DNA of 64,000 nt from Epithemia pelagica (GCA_946965045.2 OX337242.1:310001-374000), one strand, 5' to 3'. Positions 1 to 12,162 are shown, counted from the first letter of the stretch. A program made the numbers and translations. Notes: a model not told the origin generated them from the sequence alone.

Positions 1-774
1 TAATCTACTAGGACTTTTGACTGTTGTGACCACTAGAGTACCTCTTTCATAGAATAGCATCGGTAGATGGTTCGTCACGCCACATCCAGCGCACCTCATC
101 TGTACCGGTGCACGTCCATGCTGGATTTTGTGGAATGAGAGAGTCCACCATGGTGGGTGCGCCACGGAGGGATACGAGATGCGCCATTCAACGGTTTGCA
201 GGGCCACCCACAACTTTGGACGGTGCACCAAACGACATCAGTTGAGCTACTCTTTTATTTAGAGCAACATCCGAAGGGGACTTGTACCCACGATTGCATG
301 GATTCGGTCATCCAGATCAAGGAGTCATCCTTGTGTGTGTGTGTGTGTGACCCGTTTCTTGTCTGCGAACGAGACAAGGAGGACGACCTCTCTTGGCAAG
401 CCACTGAAAGAACCCGTAGCAAGGAGACCATGATAGGCGTGACACCGGTTTACAAGAGAGTATAATCTGTATTCATGTTAGTATAAAGCCTATTCTGTTT
501 CACCTACACGTTTCCCTGGAATACTCCAATACCAATGACTTCCAGAGTTCGTTCGTTGTAGATTCATTGTGGAAGAGGATAAACAGACTCTCCTTGTTTC
601 AGTCATGGGGGACGATCGACTGACTTGTGTTCGTCTCGGTCCGCACAGCTTACTTCTACGAAATGGGTTTGTAATATAATATATCAACACACCAGTGTAC
701 AACTTGTGGTGAAGGAATGCATATCCCTCCTTTTGCGACACACTCAAAACAATCATAGCGACGACAATCGTTGT

Positions 775-1947
775 CTATTCCACGTAGAGTTCTTCGTCCA
801 TACCCTCTCCTTCGTACTTGCGATTCTTCTTCTTTTTGGACCGACTCTTTTTGCTCCGACTGTCATTTCGTACAATATACTGCTCTTCCTCCATTCGGTT
901 GTATCCCATTTCTTCATCCATATCGTAGGATGCGCGATGATGGCTGAGACTTTTGCGTTTGGAGGGAGATTTCTTTCGAGATCGTCCTTCTCGGGACTCG
1001 TCCTGTGGGTGATCCCCCTTGTGTCGTCGATCTTGTTTCGGGTTACCTTCACGTTCTTCAGGATATATATCCTCTTCGCGCTCTTCTGGCATGCGAGCAT
1101 AGTATCCTTCTCCGTTTTCTTCGTCCTGCGACTGACCTCGTCGCTTCTTCTTTCGAGAGGCAACGCTTTTTCGCGACTTTTCCTCCACTGCATCTGGATT
1201 GTTCTTTTTCTTTTTCCAATATTTCCGACTTTGCCGATCCAAATGGTCCTCCAAACCTTTGCGAACCTTGGGAGGACTCGATTGTTTTCGTTCCGCCTTT
1301 CCTGGCTGTCCATCATTGGGGGTTTCGCCGCCGCTGGCATCGATTTCTTGTAGGGGACTGTACAAACTGGAATGCAAATGCGCCTGCACGGCATCAGTCC
1401 ACACATGAAGAATGTAATCGACCGGGACATAGGCACGCGATCGTGTCGAAGGAGCGTCCGTCTCAAAGCCTTTCATGGGCTTGAGTCGAAATCTGACAAT
1501 CTTGTTGGATTTTTCATTGTATTTCTTCAAGATATTGTCCACGTCCCGTTCCACCAAGGTATCCACATAACAGATCCGGTACGTAAAGGCAACACACGAA
1601 CTCATGGCATAAAAGGCGAAAATGGATAACATGGTCACAAAGGCGACGGAAAAATTGACCAAAAAGGCGAGTCCCACCACCAACGCCACCTCTGCCACCA
1701 ACATGTAGATGGTGGTCAAAAAATAGCCAATGTTATTGTATTGGACTCCCGGTCGAAAGGCTTGTTCGATATCCTTTTTGAATTGTTTCCAGTCCTTGAC
1801 AGAAAGATACAGCTGGATTCCTTTGGGTTGACTGCCTTCCAATTTCCCATTGGCGATCCGCAGCTTGATTTTGTTCACACCCGAACTCATTGTGAGATCA
1901 TCATAGTCCTTGGTGCGACTTCTTGCTCTCGACGCGGTCGACTTCAT
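775..1947 (-). CDS. Hypothetical membrane protein with two hydrophobic helices and a Lys/Arg/Glu-rich C-terminal tail
   Basis: The ORF 775..2115 most likely starts at ATG 1947 (MKSTASR), since the upstream part translates a (CT)n tract. Hydrophobic hairpin GYFLTTIYMLVAEVALVVGLAF / VAFVTMLSIFAFYAMSSCVAF. No family recognised. Confidence 0.7.
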   Translation of the reverse strand: MKSTASRARSRTKDYDDLTMSSGVNKIKLRIANGKLEGSQPKGIQLYLSVKDWKQFKKDIEQAFRPGVQYNNIGYFLTTIYMLVAEVALVVGLAFLVNFSVAFVTMLSIFAFYAMSSCVAFTYRICYVDTLVERDVDNILKKYNEKSNKIVRFRLKPMKGFETDAPSTRSRAYVPVDYILHVWTDAVQAHLHSSLYSPLQEIDASGGETPNDGQPGKAERKQSSPPKVRKGLEDHLDRQSRKYWKKKKNNPDAVEEKSRKSVASRKKKRRGQSQDEENGEGYYARMPEEREEDIYPEEREGNPKQDRRHKGDHPQDESREGRSRKKSPSKRKSLSHHRASYDMDEEMGYNRMEEEQYIVRNDSRSKKSRSKKKKNRKYEGEGMDEELYVE

Positions 1948-3670
1948 GGTGATCGCTCGCCTGTTGTCTCCCTCGAGTCGTTCTCTCTCTCTCTCTACAA
2001 CGTCTTCTTGTGTGGTTTGTTGCGACAAGAAGGGAGTTACGGCGATGTTAATTATTATGAAAGAGAGTGTTACACAGGACGAAGCGGGCACACGGGAAAA
2101 GAATGGGGATTGCATTTTGGCAGCGTGGACCGGAACGTTGGATGGAGGTGGAGATCGCCGTGCGCGTTGGCATTCGCTGGCGGACTATAGGAAGAGTACA
2201 ATCGAACGGACAGACGCACCGGCCGGGCTGAAGTTTCTTACATTGAACGATTAGAGTGACAACATCTGTGATACAAAGTGTAGCCACCCAACGGCTCTTT
2301 CGGACGATCCAGAAAAAGACCCAAGATCCAAAAATTGGGCGGAGCCAAAGTTCCTGGACCATGGGTGCGCCGTGGATCTCATGTCTCACCATCCGAGGAG
2401 ACGGTTGAAACCCTGTTGGAGCGCAAGGCTTGCCGCAAGAGAGCTCTGAAGATTTCAGGGAGATCGTGCCATCGCATAGAAGCCACCATCTCCCAATTCA
2501 AGAGCTTGGACATGCTCACAAACATTCTACCCATGATGAGTATTATAGCGTTGTATTCTCCTCTCGGTAGCCATGCATCGTGTCGTTGACCTCCGTGATC
2601 ATGGCAGGTGCGCACAACTACCAATGAACCATTTGTGTGTGTGTGTCAAGTGAGACCGTGCACCGACCAACCAAAGGAACCGAATTTTGAATCAGACAAG
2701 CGATCATGACGCTATGCGTGTGTCGGGCCGTTCTCTTCCACGGTGCAATTAATCTCGAGGAGGGGTCTATCGATCCGATCCAACGAACCGGAACCCAACT
2801 TTGACCGTGGACCAGTCCAAGCTAGTCGGTGCCTTGGGGCAAGACCCAGACAGTCAACACCAAGGGGATGCTATAGTCAACGGCAAGGGATGTCATGGTC
2901 AAGACAACACGAATACGGCTCTAACCTTTTGGGCTTAGACCTTACCCTTACTCCGTAGGTTAGATAGCTACTAGACTAGCTAGAGCTCGGAGTATGTGAT
3001 ATGCGAGCCAGCATACGGATGCCCGTGCGCAACTATTATGTACCCTTATTGTGCTCCGTCACGCATCACGACTCGGCTCGCTCCCGGAAGTAAAGAATCG
3101 CGTTCAGACGACCACGATTGAAGGACCATGGTGGTGCCTTTTGGTGTGATGCCAAAAGATTGGAGACCCCATTGTTTCCTCTAGTGTCCTCCCTTTCTCT
3201 CCTTTGCCATAGAGGTGAACTGAGTGAGCTACCAGGAAATGATTGGAGAGGTGCATGCCCAAATTGAAAATGGAAGGGCGGACCGGTCATTTCAGAAGAG
3301 TACTACAATTGCCCTTTCTAAAATAAATCTGTCTGTTCGATATTACTATCAATGCCCCTCCACAGACATGCAGGGTTGGACGCTTGGGGGAAGCAGGACC
3401 GGCAACAGAGTTGCGGCGACGGCACAAACCCCGAGATCTTTGGCTCCCTCACAATTCAAAGGCCAAAAGAGCGAAACAAGGAAATTAGTTGATGAGATGT
3501 AAAACTCGGCCGGCCTGGTGCGTTTAACAGACCAAAGCGATGAACCTATAGTCCAAATCTCCTATTCGTCGACCCAAGGACAAACTCCAAAATCATGAAG
3601 AGACAAGAGGAGGCAGGAATTCTCATTTGGCTAGTGCGGATTCCAAGTCGCATTGCGAAAGATCTTTCTC

Positions 3671-4360
3671 AACGCACAACCACGCCTCTAGGCCTATTCG
3701 TTCGACCTCTGCTTTGATCGCAACCGAAACTCTAAACGAATACCAACGTACTTGACTTTCTGAAGCAGAGCACCGCAACAAATGCGTGAATAGAGTGACC
3801 AACCAATTATATCAACGCTGGAACAGTGAATCCAACATGTTTGTCTTTTGTAACGCACAACCACGCCTCGAGGCCTATAAGCTCGAGCTCCGCTCGGATC
3901 GCTTGGATTGATTCCGATTCCTACCAAATTCTCAGTTCTGAATCGCATCGTCGCTTGCACGAACCCAAGAGGCCAATGGGCAGTATTGGGGATCCGAAAC
4001 TACCAACGTACTTGACTTTCTGAAGCAGCACCCCAACTAAGGCGTGAATAGAATGAACCAAGCAACCAACCAAATACCAACACTGGAACAGAGAACCCTA
4101 CATGTTTGTCTTTCGTAACGCACAAACACTCCTCTACCAGGCCTATTAGCTCGAGCTCCGCTCTGATCGCTTTGATGATTCATTCCGAATCCTTACAAAT
4201 TCTCATATTTCGGAATCGCATCGCCTGCCCGAAACCACGAGGCCAACAGGCAGTATTGGGGAGATCCGAAACTACCGACGTACTTGGCTTTCTGAAGCAG
4301 ATCACCTCAACTAATGCGTGAATAGAATGAACCAAGCAACAATCAACGATGGAAAAGAGA
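3671..4360. repeat. Three degenerate tandem copies of a ~180-270 bp non-coding unit
   Basis: The anchor aacgcacaa recurs at 3671, 3852 and 4117. The anchor tacc(a/g)acgtactt(g)(a/g)ctttctgaagcag recurs at 3741, 4001 and 4273. Confidence 0.85.
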
Positions 4361-4402
4361 ACCCAACATACAAACACATACACAGAAATAGAAAACTCGT
4401 GA

Positions 4403-4404
<2 letters not shown>

Positions 4405-4453
<49 letters not shown>

Positions 4454-4460
4454 AAGAGAG
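4405..4460. repeat. (AG)n microsatellite
   Basis: Nearly pure AG run, read directly. Confidence 0.95.
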
Positions 4461-5274
4461 GGATTTCCGAGGAGGATTGCTCTGCAGGAATGGATACTAT
4501 CATCAACTAATGCGATCTCATCCCACCATTCCTCCATTCGGAACATGGACGAATACGGGCTTTCCTTGGAACAACGAAACGTGTGTCCATCTAGTCAGGG
4601 ATTCGCATTGTCTACCATGCTTGGAGAGTCGCATGGAGGAACGAACAAGCTGGAACCAATCATTAGTCACCTTGTACGTGTAGATAGATCGCTCCTGTAC
4701 TCGTATTGGCTCATGAGAGAGACGGGCCACATAAAGACGAGTCGTTGAAGCACTGCCGCTTCATGGTCGGTAGGAGTAGGTAGGCACTCTACTCTAGAGA
4801 GGCTTCCTCCAACTGCATGACTACGCCTAGCTCGGCTAGAGAAGGCCCAAAGCAGTGTCAATTCCCATGAAGTATCTTTTGGGGGAACTTTTCATGCGGG
4901 ACCAACTTTGCCACGAATCAAACTCAAGGGTGCCATTTGGAAATACGTCATACAAGGACACTTACTTTTCGCCAAAGACACCTCCATGGCCTCACATCTT
5001 TGTTTTTGTGCAATTGCAATTGTGCCAATCTGCAATTGCATGGCATCATGGTGTGGTTTGCTCCGTCAAGCCTGGTGGCATACTCAAAATGCACAGTGCA
5101 GTGCAAACCAACTGCAAACTAAAAAGATTCCTCGCAGGTGTCTTGGTTCGCAAAAGCCCCACTCCAAGCATTACACACACACTGGTCGTTGTTGTCCTCC
5201 TCCAGTAGTGCAACGATCCGTCATTTCATACTCTCTGTCGTGTTTGCATCTGCACAATACCACAACACTTTATC

Positions 5275-5868
5275 ATGACAACGACTGAACGAAGAGTCCG
5301 TTTTGGCCAAGCCATTGTGAACGATCACTATGGCATTATGGGCGACAATCCAGCCTGTTCGGAAGGCTTTCCGTTGGCGATTGATTGGCAACGAGCCGAG
5401 CAACACATTGTCGATCTTTCCCCGACACAAGGGACGACTTCTCATTTGGCCTCCTTGTTGGCTACACGAGAGAAACAATTTTCCTTGGATCGATGCGATC
5501 CAAGCCGTCCTCGCACAGCCGATGAACTCAAGTTGTCCTCCATGGAACGCGAGTCTCGACTGCGTCAAATGGGGTATTCGCGACGCGAATTGGTACGCTT
5601 GTGCAAGCCGGTCAATCTAGTCCGGGCCCAACGCCGACGAACGGCCGAAACCTTGTCCCTCCAATCCTTTCAAACGGTCTTGCAAACGATTGGACAAGGC
5701 TTGAAACGAGTCTTTTGGTCTCCCAAGAAACGAGCCGAACACATGCGTCTCCGAAAATTTATGGTTCGATACCAATCCAACCGTTCGCAGTCCCTCATCA
5801 AGGACGACCTGACAATTTTCTTCGAGTCGGACACTGCGTGCGAGTCAGAGGAGTTGCACGCTCTTTGA
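5275..5868 (+). CDS. Diatom-type hypothetical protein with an RVRF...GDNPxCxxGxPLxxDW motif
   Basis: 197-aa ORF containing RRVRFGQAIVNDHYGIMGDNPACSEGFPLAIDW, a motif I recognise from abundant diatom hypothetical proteins. Function unknown. Confidence 0.75.
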   Translation: MTTTERRVRFGQAIVNDHYGIMGDNPACSEGFPLAIDWQRAEQHIVDLSPTQGTTSHLASLLATREKQFSLDRCDPSRPRTADELKLSSMERESRLRQMGYSRRELVRLCKPVNLVRAQRRRTAETLSLQSFQTVLQTIGQGLKRVFWSPKKRAEHMRLRKFMVRYQSNRSQSLIKDDLTIFFESDTACESEELHAL

Positions 5869-6484
5869 CACTTCAAAGAGTTGTGCAGCGAATCCATGGG
5901 CCCTTGTTTCACTGATGAGTGATGAAGGGTGCCACAGTTTTCTTTTTCTTCTTCCTCTTGAAAGTTTTGAGTGGAACATTTCTTTTGATACCCTTTTTTA
6001 TGGGTTCCAGCTACTAGTATTTTCTGTAACACTTTTTAAACGTTTGCGTTTCCACTTTCCACGATTTAAACTTTTTTAATAGGCATGTTTGTCGGTGCGC
6101 ATAGAACGACGTGCTCTCGTTCCTAATGATCGACATGCCTTGTCAAAAGGTCACGCAACAGCCTTTCTTGTCGCTCTTCGCCAATAGTTTTTCATGAATC
6201 CTCCTCCTGTTCGGAGTACCACTCCCATGTGCATCGTATACCTCAATCCGTTCTCCTTAGACCCATTCTATGCTTTGTGGTCTATAGTTTTTCAATCTTT
6301 TCCTCACTAGGATGATGCACTGACAACATAACACCGCAATCTCCTTTTCCTCTAAAGAATGAAGATCTATGCTACTCCTACTCCTATCACAATGCTATGC
6401 TACTGGCTACTCCTAGATACTCGCTGCTAGAGGAGTATCTGCTGTGCATCCAACATTTCACATTTTCATTTTTGTGTGGGGTAG

Positions 6485-7594
6485 CTTCCGTGGAAATTGG
6501 TTGGGAAACGCCGCCGTCGAAGTCGACGTTCTCATGGCAAATGTGGCTTTTCCGAAATGGCCAAGACCATTGCCGACAAGTGGAAGCGAAGGGAAGTCGA
6601 CCCTCAAGATTTGGCACGATTCGAACAAGAGGCAGCGAAAGAACAGCTCCGATACAAGGCAGAACTAGCGGCCTATAAGAAGCACCGAAAAGAGTTTGCA
6701 AGAATCATCCGAAAGGCAAACAAGGCACTCAAAGAACAAGCGACCCCAGATACAACGACCTCCTCAAGTGAAAGCAGCACCGAGATTTCAACGAGTGACA
6801 ATAAAGTGAAAGAACAAGGCAAGAAGCGAAAACGGGAAATGACTCAAGAGGATCAACCTCAAACCGTGACCTCAAGTTCTTGTGGAGAAAACTCGAGGAA
6901 GAAGGTCCAATCCGCCCAGGGGGGTGGTATGAGGACTGACAATTTGGGAATTACGGGTGGTTCGGTCTCCAGTGCACCAATCCCACAGGAGCAGGATCAA
7001 GTGTTCCATCGTGGTCATCCTGTGGATGGTGGTGGTGGTGATCTCACGACAATGCTCACAGCTCATGGTGCTCCTGTACCTTTCTTGAATGCTTGGAGTG
7101 GCCACCAGCACCCAACAACACGAGAAGAAGACGCAAACGCAGGTCTCCACATGATGAATCACACAACCATGAACAGCAAACGCTCTAGTGCTACTCCAAG
7201 TCGAGCCTCGATCATCCCGACAGCGACCCTGTTGCAGGACGCTCTCGGAGTGTCCACCAACACCAGTTCAACTACTGCAACAGGTCCACTACTCGAAGAA
7301 CACCAGCAGGCGCAACAACGACACGAACTATTGTTGGACCAGACCAATTTGGAAGAGTTGGCCTGTACCATGACTCAAGACACTATGAACCTGTTTATCG
7401 AGCTGTTTTGTCCCCCAAAGCCTGTTGCCCTACCTCCTCCTCCTATCTTGGTGCCAAGCAGCTTTGTACCACCGCGCCCGAGGACACTAAGTCTTTCTCT
7501 GGACGATCCCCAAGAACAAGATCAACACAATGTACGGGACATGGCGCATGGTGACGTCGAGGAAGAAGACGTTATGACAGTCTTTTCGTGGTGA
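6485..7594 (+). CDS. HMG-box protein, apparently 5'-truncated (helix 1 of the box not found)
   Basis: RRSHGKCGFSEMAKTIADKWK...RYKAELAAYKK matches the second half of the HMG boxes at 12163 and 13394. There is a possible acceptor tag at 6482-6484, but no upstream KPKRPLSAYNFFF exon was found. First in-frame ATG is at 6557. C-terminal motif LEELACTMTQDTMNLFIELF. Confidence 0.65.
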   Translation, partial: LPWKLVGKRRRRSRRSHGKCGFSEMAKTIADKWKRREVDPQDLARFEQEAAKEQLRYKAELAAYKKHRKEFARIIRKANKALKEQATPDTTTSSSESSTEISTSDNKVKEQGKKRKREMTQEDQPQTVTSSSCGENSRKKVQSAQGGGMRTDNLGITGGSVSSAPIPQEQDQVFHRGHPVDGGGGDLTTMLTAHGAPVPFLNAWSGHQHPTTREEDANAGLHMMNHTTMNSKRSSATPSRASIIPTATLLQDALGVSTNTSSTTATGPLLEEHQQAQQRHELLLDQTNLEELACTMTQDTMNLFIELFCPPKPVALPPPPILVPSSFVPPRPRTLSLSLDDPQEQDQHNVRDMAHGDVEEEDVMTVFSW

Positions 7595-8214
7595 TCCAGA
7601 AGAATCCTACCATGCTCATCTTTATGCTTTTTTTTCAGTTTTCGAATAGGAGTATCTTAATCCCTCGTTAGTAGTAGTTTTCCATTTCAGTTTTCTACAA
7701 AGGTTTCACGCGACGATCCTTGCATCGTAGTCCTGTGGTTTGCCCTTGTTGGACACATGTCAGCAGGTTTTCCCTGCTCCACAGCAACACTCGTCTGCAG
7801 GACCACGTTCCACTTCCCTCGACACTTGTTACTTCTTGACTTGACTTGTTGTCCCGGATTCCGAATTATCTAGAGACAAAAAGTCAACAGGGAGGCAGCA
7901 AGGGCTGCCACTGGCCTCTGGCATCACCCTTTGACACTTGACACTTGCCCCGTCCCCAAATGTCGTAGACTCGTAGCCGTAGCTGTTCCATTGTGTTTTT
8001 TCGGACTTTCTTTTCCTTCGGGATTTCTGTTTGGCACTTTTCCCAAAGCAGAACCCTCGGTACTGCGACCGCCAATGTCTTTATTCGTGACTTACGAAGA
8101 GTCCCGTTTGGTACACCGACTCCGTACAGACGTTGCTCCAGTCCCGTACGTTTCGAGAAAAGATTCCTTCTTCAAAGCATTCGATTTTCTGGATCTTTTT
8201 TCTCTAGACCGACC

Positions 8215-10466
8215 ATGAGAGTCGTCGAAAGCAGCACTCGACTCTTGCAGCAGCAGCGGACGGCCCAACTGTTACGGAACGGTGATTGCTCCTCCTGGAT
8301 CGGAGTGTGGAGTAGAGGAAACAAGAATGGACGACAAGTAGTAATAGTCTCGAATGCGGTTTGCCATGGCAATCGACAAACCCAACGAACCATTGGCACC
8401 ACCACCACCCTGGGCGGTGGTGGTGGTGTGTTTCGGCGTGGATTGTTTCACCCTGTAAAAACGAATGCGCACCACCGCCACCACAAAACGAGTCTGCTGT
8501 ACCAGCAGTCGATCCACAAGGCAACGTACGGGAGGAATGGTGGGTACCATCGCTCCGTTTCCAGTGTCCTGTCTTGTTCTGGCACTACAATCACTCCTCC
8601 TCCACAGTTGGTTAGTGGTGATTTTCTACAAACAAAACCAAAAGGAAGAAGAATAAGGCCCACAATCACCACCAGTAGGACAACACGACGAGACTTGCAT
8701 TCCTCCACATCATGTTGGTCCGAGTCGGACAGGGAGGATTCGTCGAAAACCTATTGGAACGACCATCAAAAAACGTTCATGCAAGAATGTCGTCGATTGC
8801 ATGCTTCCATAATGCCACTCAATGAAAAGGTGCGTGAGTTTTGTGCAGCAATGGACGCAAGCAATCGGTTGCGCACGCGCACGTTTGTGTGTGTTTCTAC
8901 AATATCTCGTTTGGCTCACCACATGAATTCCTTTTCTCTGTGGTTCTCGTTCCAATCCAAATTATGGATGACTATTCGTTCTTAATTTCGTTTCGTTTCG
9001 TCTCTTTTAACACTCTCCAGCTTCGTGGCCCATTGGCACCGCAATCGGATCAGGGCACGGCCTTGCCCTTTGTCTTGTTGTTGGGCAATCATTCCAGTGG
9101 CAAATCGTCCTTTTTGAATTATGTGCTGGGTCGGACCATTCAAACGACAGGTGTGGCACCGACCGATGATTGTTTTACCATTGTGGCACCAGGACCGGTC
9201 GATCGCGATCAAGATGGACCGGCCGTCTTGGGCGATCCCGATTTGGGCTTTGGTCCCTTGCGGCAATTTGGACCCACCCTCATGCATCATGTCCAACTCA
9301 AAATTCGCACCGACATTAACTCCAATTTTCTCATGGTCGATACACCCGGCATGATTGATTCCCCCGGCACGTATTTGGGACTCTTGCAACAACAACAACA
9401 ACAATCGGATGGTACGAGTAGTAGCAACACCAACACTCTCAACAACCAGTTATTGTCCTCCTCCGACGATGTCATGGATCGCGGATATGATTTTACTGGT
9501 GTGGTCCGCTGGTTGGCCAATCGAGCCGATGTGGTCTTGTTGTTTTTTGATCCCGACAAGCCCGGTACGACGGGAGAAACGTTGAGTATTTTGTTGCATG
9601 CCTTGTCCGGTATGGATCACAAGTTATTAATTGTTCTCAACAAGGCCGATCAATTCAACAAGATTCATGACTTTGCTCGAGCCTATGGAAGTTTGTGTTG
9701 GAATTTGTCCAAGGTGATTCCTCGCAAAGATTTGCCTCGCATCTTTACCATGTGTCTTCCCACCACCAAAACAACGGAAAATGCCAGTACTCCCACCACT
9801 CCTCCTGGCGAGACAGCAACAACGACGACGACGACACGCGGCGCCTTGGACGATTTGTATACGGCCCGTGACGAAGTGGTGGCCGAAGTGCGCAAGGCCC
9901 CGGCCCGACGCATGGACAATTGGATTACCAGTTTGCACGATGCGGTAGCCCAATTGCACATGCATGCAACCTTGTTGCAAGAGATTCAAACCAATTATGG
10001 TCGTTTGTATTGGCAGTACAAGGGACAAGAAGCCATGGTGGCACTGGTCGGGTCCAGTGTCTCGGCCGGCTTGGCGTGGTACGGCGGAGACCTCTTGGGC
10101 GTGCCAACCATGAGCATGGCCGTGGCGGCCGTGGCCACCACCACTGTCGTGGCCACGGGGGGCTTGTGGTGGTATCATGGTCAACAATTGCAGGCCTGGC
10201 GGGAACAATCCTATCAACGCGATGAATTGTTTCAAACCTTTTGTCAAACCCATGCTCGGGCCATTCAAGAAGGAGATGAATATGTCGCTGCCATTTGGCA
10301 ACGCATTCGACCCGCCGTCCGCTTGGCCTTGCAACAACAAGCCAACCTTCCGCGAGTGTCCAATCAGCAAGTGCAACAGTTGCAACATATTTTGGATGAG
10401 GATATTCCTCGATTACGACGCATGGCGTCGCCTCCGCACTATGGAAAAGAGGAATCCTCCAGGTAG
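8215..10466 (+). CDS. EHD/dynamin-superfamily P-loop GTPase with C-terminal transmembrane hairpin; 2 exons (8215-8829, 9021-10466)
   Basis: G1 LGNHSSGKSS, switch APTDD, G3 DTPG, G4 NKAD. The intron 8830-9020 (gtgcgt...ccag) joins NEK|LRGP in frame. Hydrophobic segment MVALVGSSVSAGLAWY...VVATGGLWWY. Long Arg/Ser/Thr-rich N-terminal extension. Confidence 0.9.
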
Positions 10467-10932
10467 CAGCCATCTTCACATACACGCAAAGAGATCGCCA
10501 AGCGCTGGATCGCATCAAAACACATCGGTCTCTTCATTTGCAGGAACACAAAACAGCGAAATCAGCATTTTGGACAGGCGTAGCTACGAAACTCGTCTAG
10601 GAACAACCAGGAAGGCGTTTCCTCATGAAAAGGAAGAGTGAGGACCGTTGGTTCCATTCCCTACCCAACTAGAAATGGTCAAACACGTGGTTGTCGAGTG
10701 TTTCGGTACTATTCTAGATCTAGATTATCCGTACAACTAGCTAGGTGCATAGAATCGTCTTCGATCATTCGGAAAGAACCGATTCTCAATAGTTGACAAG
10801 GAAATTCAAGACTTCCTGTACAGTATTGTATTGCTCTTGATATCCCTCTGGTTCTTGGAACTCGTTCATGATTGCTACCACGGAACCAGTAAAGGATCTT
10901 CCAAAACAGTGAGGCGATTTGCGGGGCTCGCT

Positions 10933-11487
10933 CTACAAGGATCCTCCTCGCAATTGCAAGACCATATGAATGGTCGCCCCAGCGGCAATGTTATACGATT
11001 CCAATGTATTGGTATCCGCCAATTGCTTTCCGCTGTGAATAAGCTTGATCTGATCAACACCCACACCTTCCCGTTCTTGCAAGGCTTGCTTGACATTCAA
11101 TACTTGATCGTCCGGTTCAAAATTGTACGCTTGTTTGCGACCTGTTAATGTCTTGATAAAAATCTAATGCCAAACATGATAGAGGATGGGTAAAACGGAA
11201 AGGTGGAACACAGAGACAAGATATGTTGAGACAAGGGAAATTCCAGAAAGCAGTCAAAGATATCGGGTAAATACATTGGTAGCAAAAACAGAGCCCACCT
11301 CATGAATGATGGACGTCTATTCGCCTCTCGAAGCGCTACATGCGAAGAACACACGACAAAATCGTTCGAGACACGACACAACGACCACGGACCAAACACC
11401 AACAAACGCGCAAGTGTGACACCCAACATATCGTTACCACAGCATTGCTTTAATTGTCCGTCCTTAGACTTGTCGTCGTACCTGCAT
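10933..11487 (-). CDS. NEDD8: NEDD8/RUB1 ubiquitin-like protein; exons 11482-11487 (ATG CAG) and 10933-11163
   Basis: Spliced translation MQIFIKTLTGRKQAYNFEPDDQVLNVKQALQEREGVGVDQIKLIHSGKQLADTNTLESYNIAAGATIHMVLQLRGGSL*. GT-AG intron 11164-11481. C-terminal LRGG with Q72, as in SAR-type Nedd8, instead of ubiquitin R72. Absent from the supplied ORF track. Confidence 0.92.
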
Positions 11488-12162
11488 GTTGACGACGATA
11501 CTTGGTGGTTACTGGACTCTCTTGGTTGCGATCTTGTCGGGAGAGAAGATCGGCCCTCTATCATTCAGTGTGCGACAAGGAACACCTTTTGTTTGGGCGG
11601 TTCGTTGTGGTGGTTGGAGACATGCCGCCATTTCTCATCCCTAACCCTAGTGTGCTATGGATCAGACGCTCCGTTCGTGAATAAAGGGATGGACGGGAAC
11701 CCGCTATATCATCTCTAATCATCTCTAAATCACGTGAATGTAGCTGCTGCTAGCTACTCCTACTAGAGAGCATGCAGAAATTAGAAATTGGTCGCAGAGA
11801 CTGGATCTAGCCAGATTCTGGCGTAGCCTGACACAGAAAAGTCAAAGCAATTCGTATAAGTTGTCCGAAAAGACATGAGAATGTCAGTGGTGTGTAAGGA
11901 AGATTCTTTTCAAATGAAGAAGCATGTAGCCTTTTTCCAATAAGAATCGAGGCCGAATCAAAACTTCCAAGGAACTCTCACATGCGTCGAACAAGAAGAG
12001 AACATGGAGACACTGTCATGGCTCAAATCCAGATGACCGAAAAAATTCGAAATAATCATCTCCACAATTTGTTCGATCTGATCATATTCTCTCTCCTGAG
12101 GAACAATCGACTAGGTAGATCGAACCCAACTCTCTGATCGACAAAACGAGACCAGCGCAACC

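Noticed and set aside
1-470. Short ORFs at the window start
   Set aside because: No recognisable motif in any frame; includes a (GT)n tract.
625-1353. 242-aa hydrophobic + strand ORF
   Set aside because: Antisense shadow of the purine-rich Lys/Glu/Arg tail of the minus-strand gene.
2250-3520. Possible LTR or Helitron remnant with ctaacc/cttacc runs and short ORFs
   Set aside because: No terminal repeats, TSD or transposase/RT motifs found.
3671-4360. Repeat-spacer appearance suggesting CRISPR
   Set aside because: Units are long and degenerate, the intervening parts are homologous rather than unique, the context is eukaryotic, and there are no cas genes.
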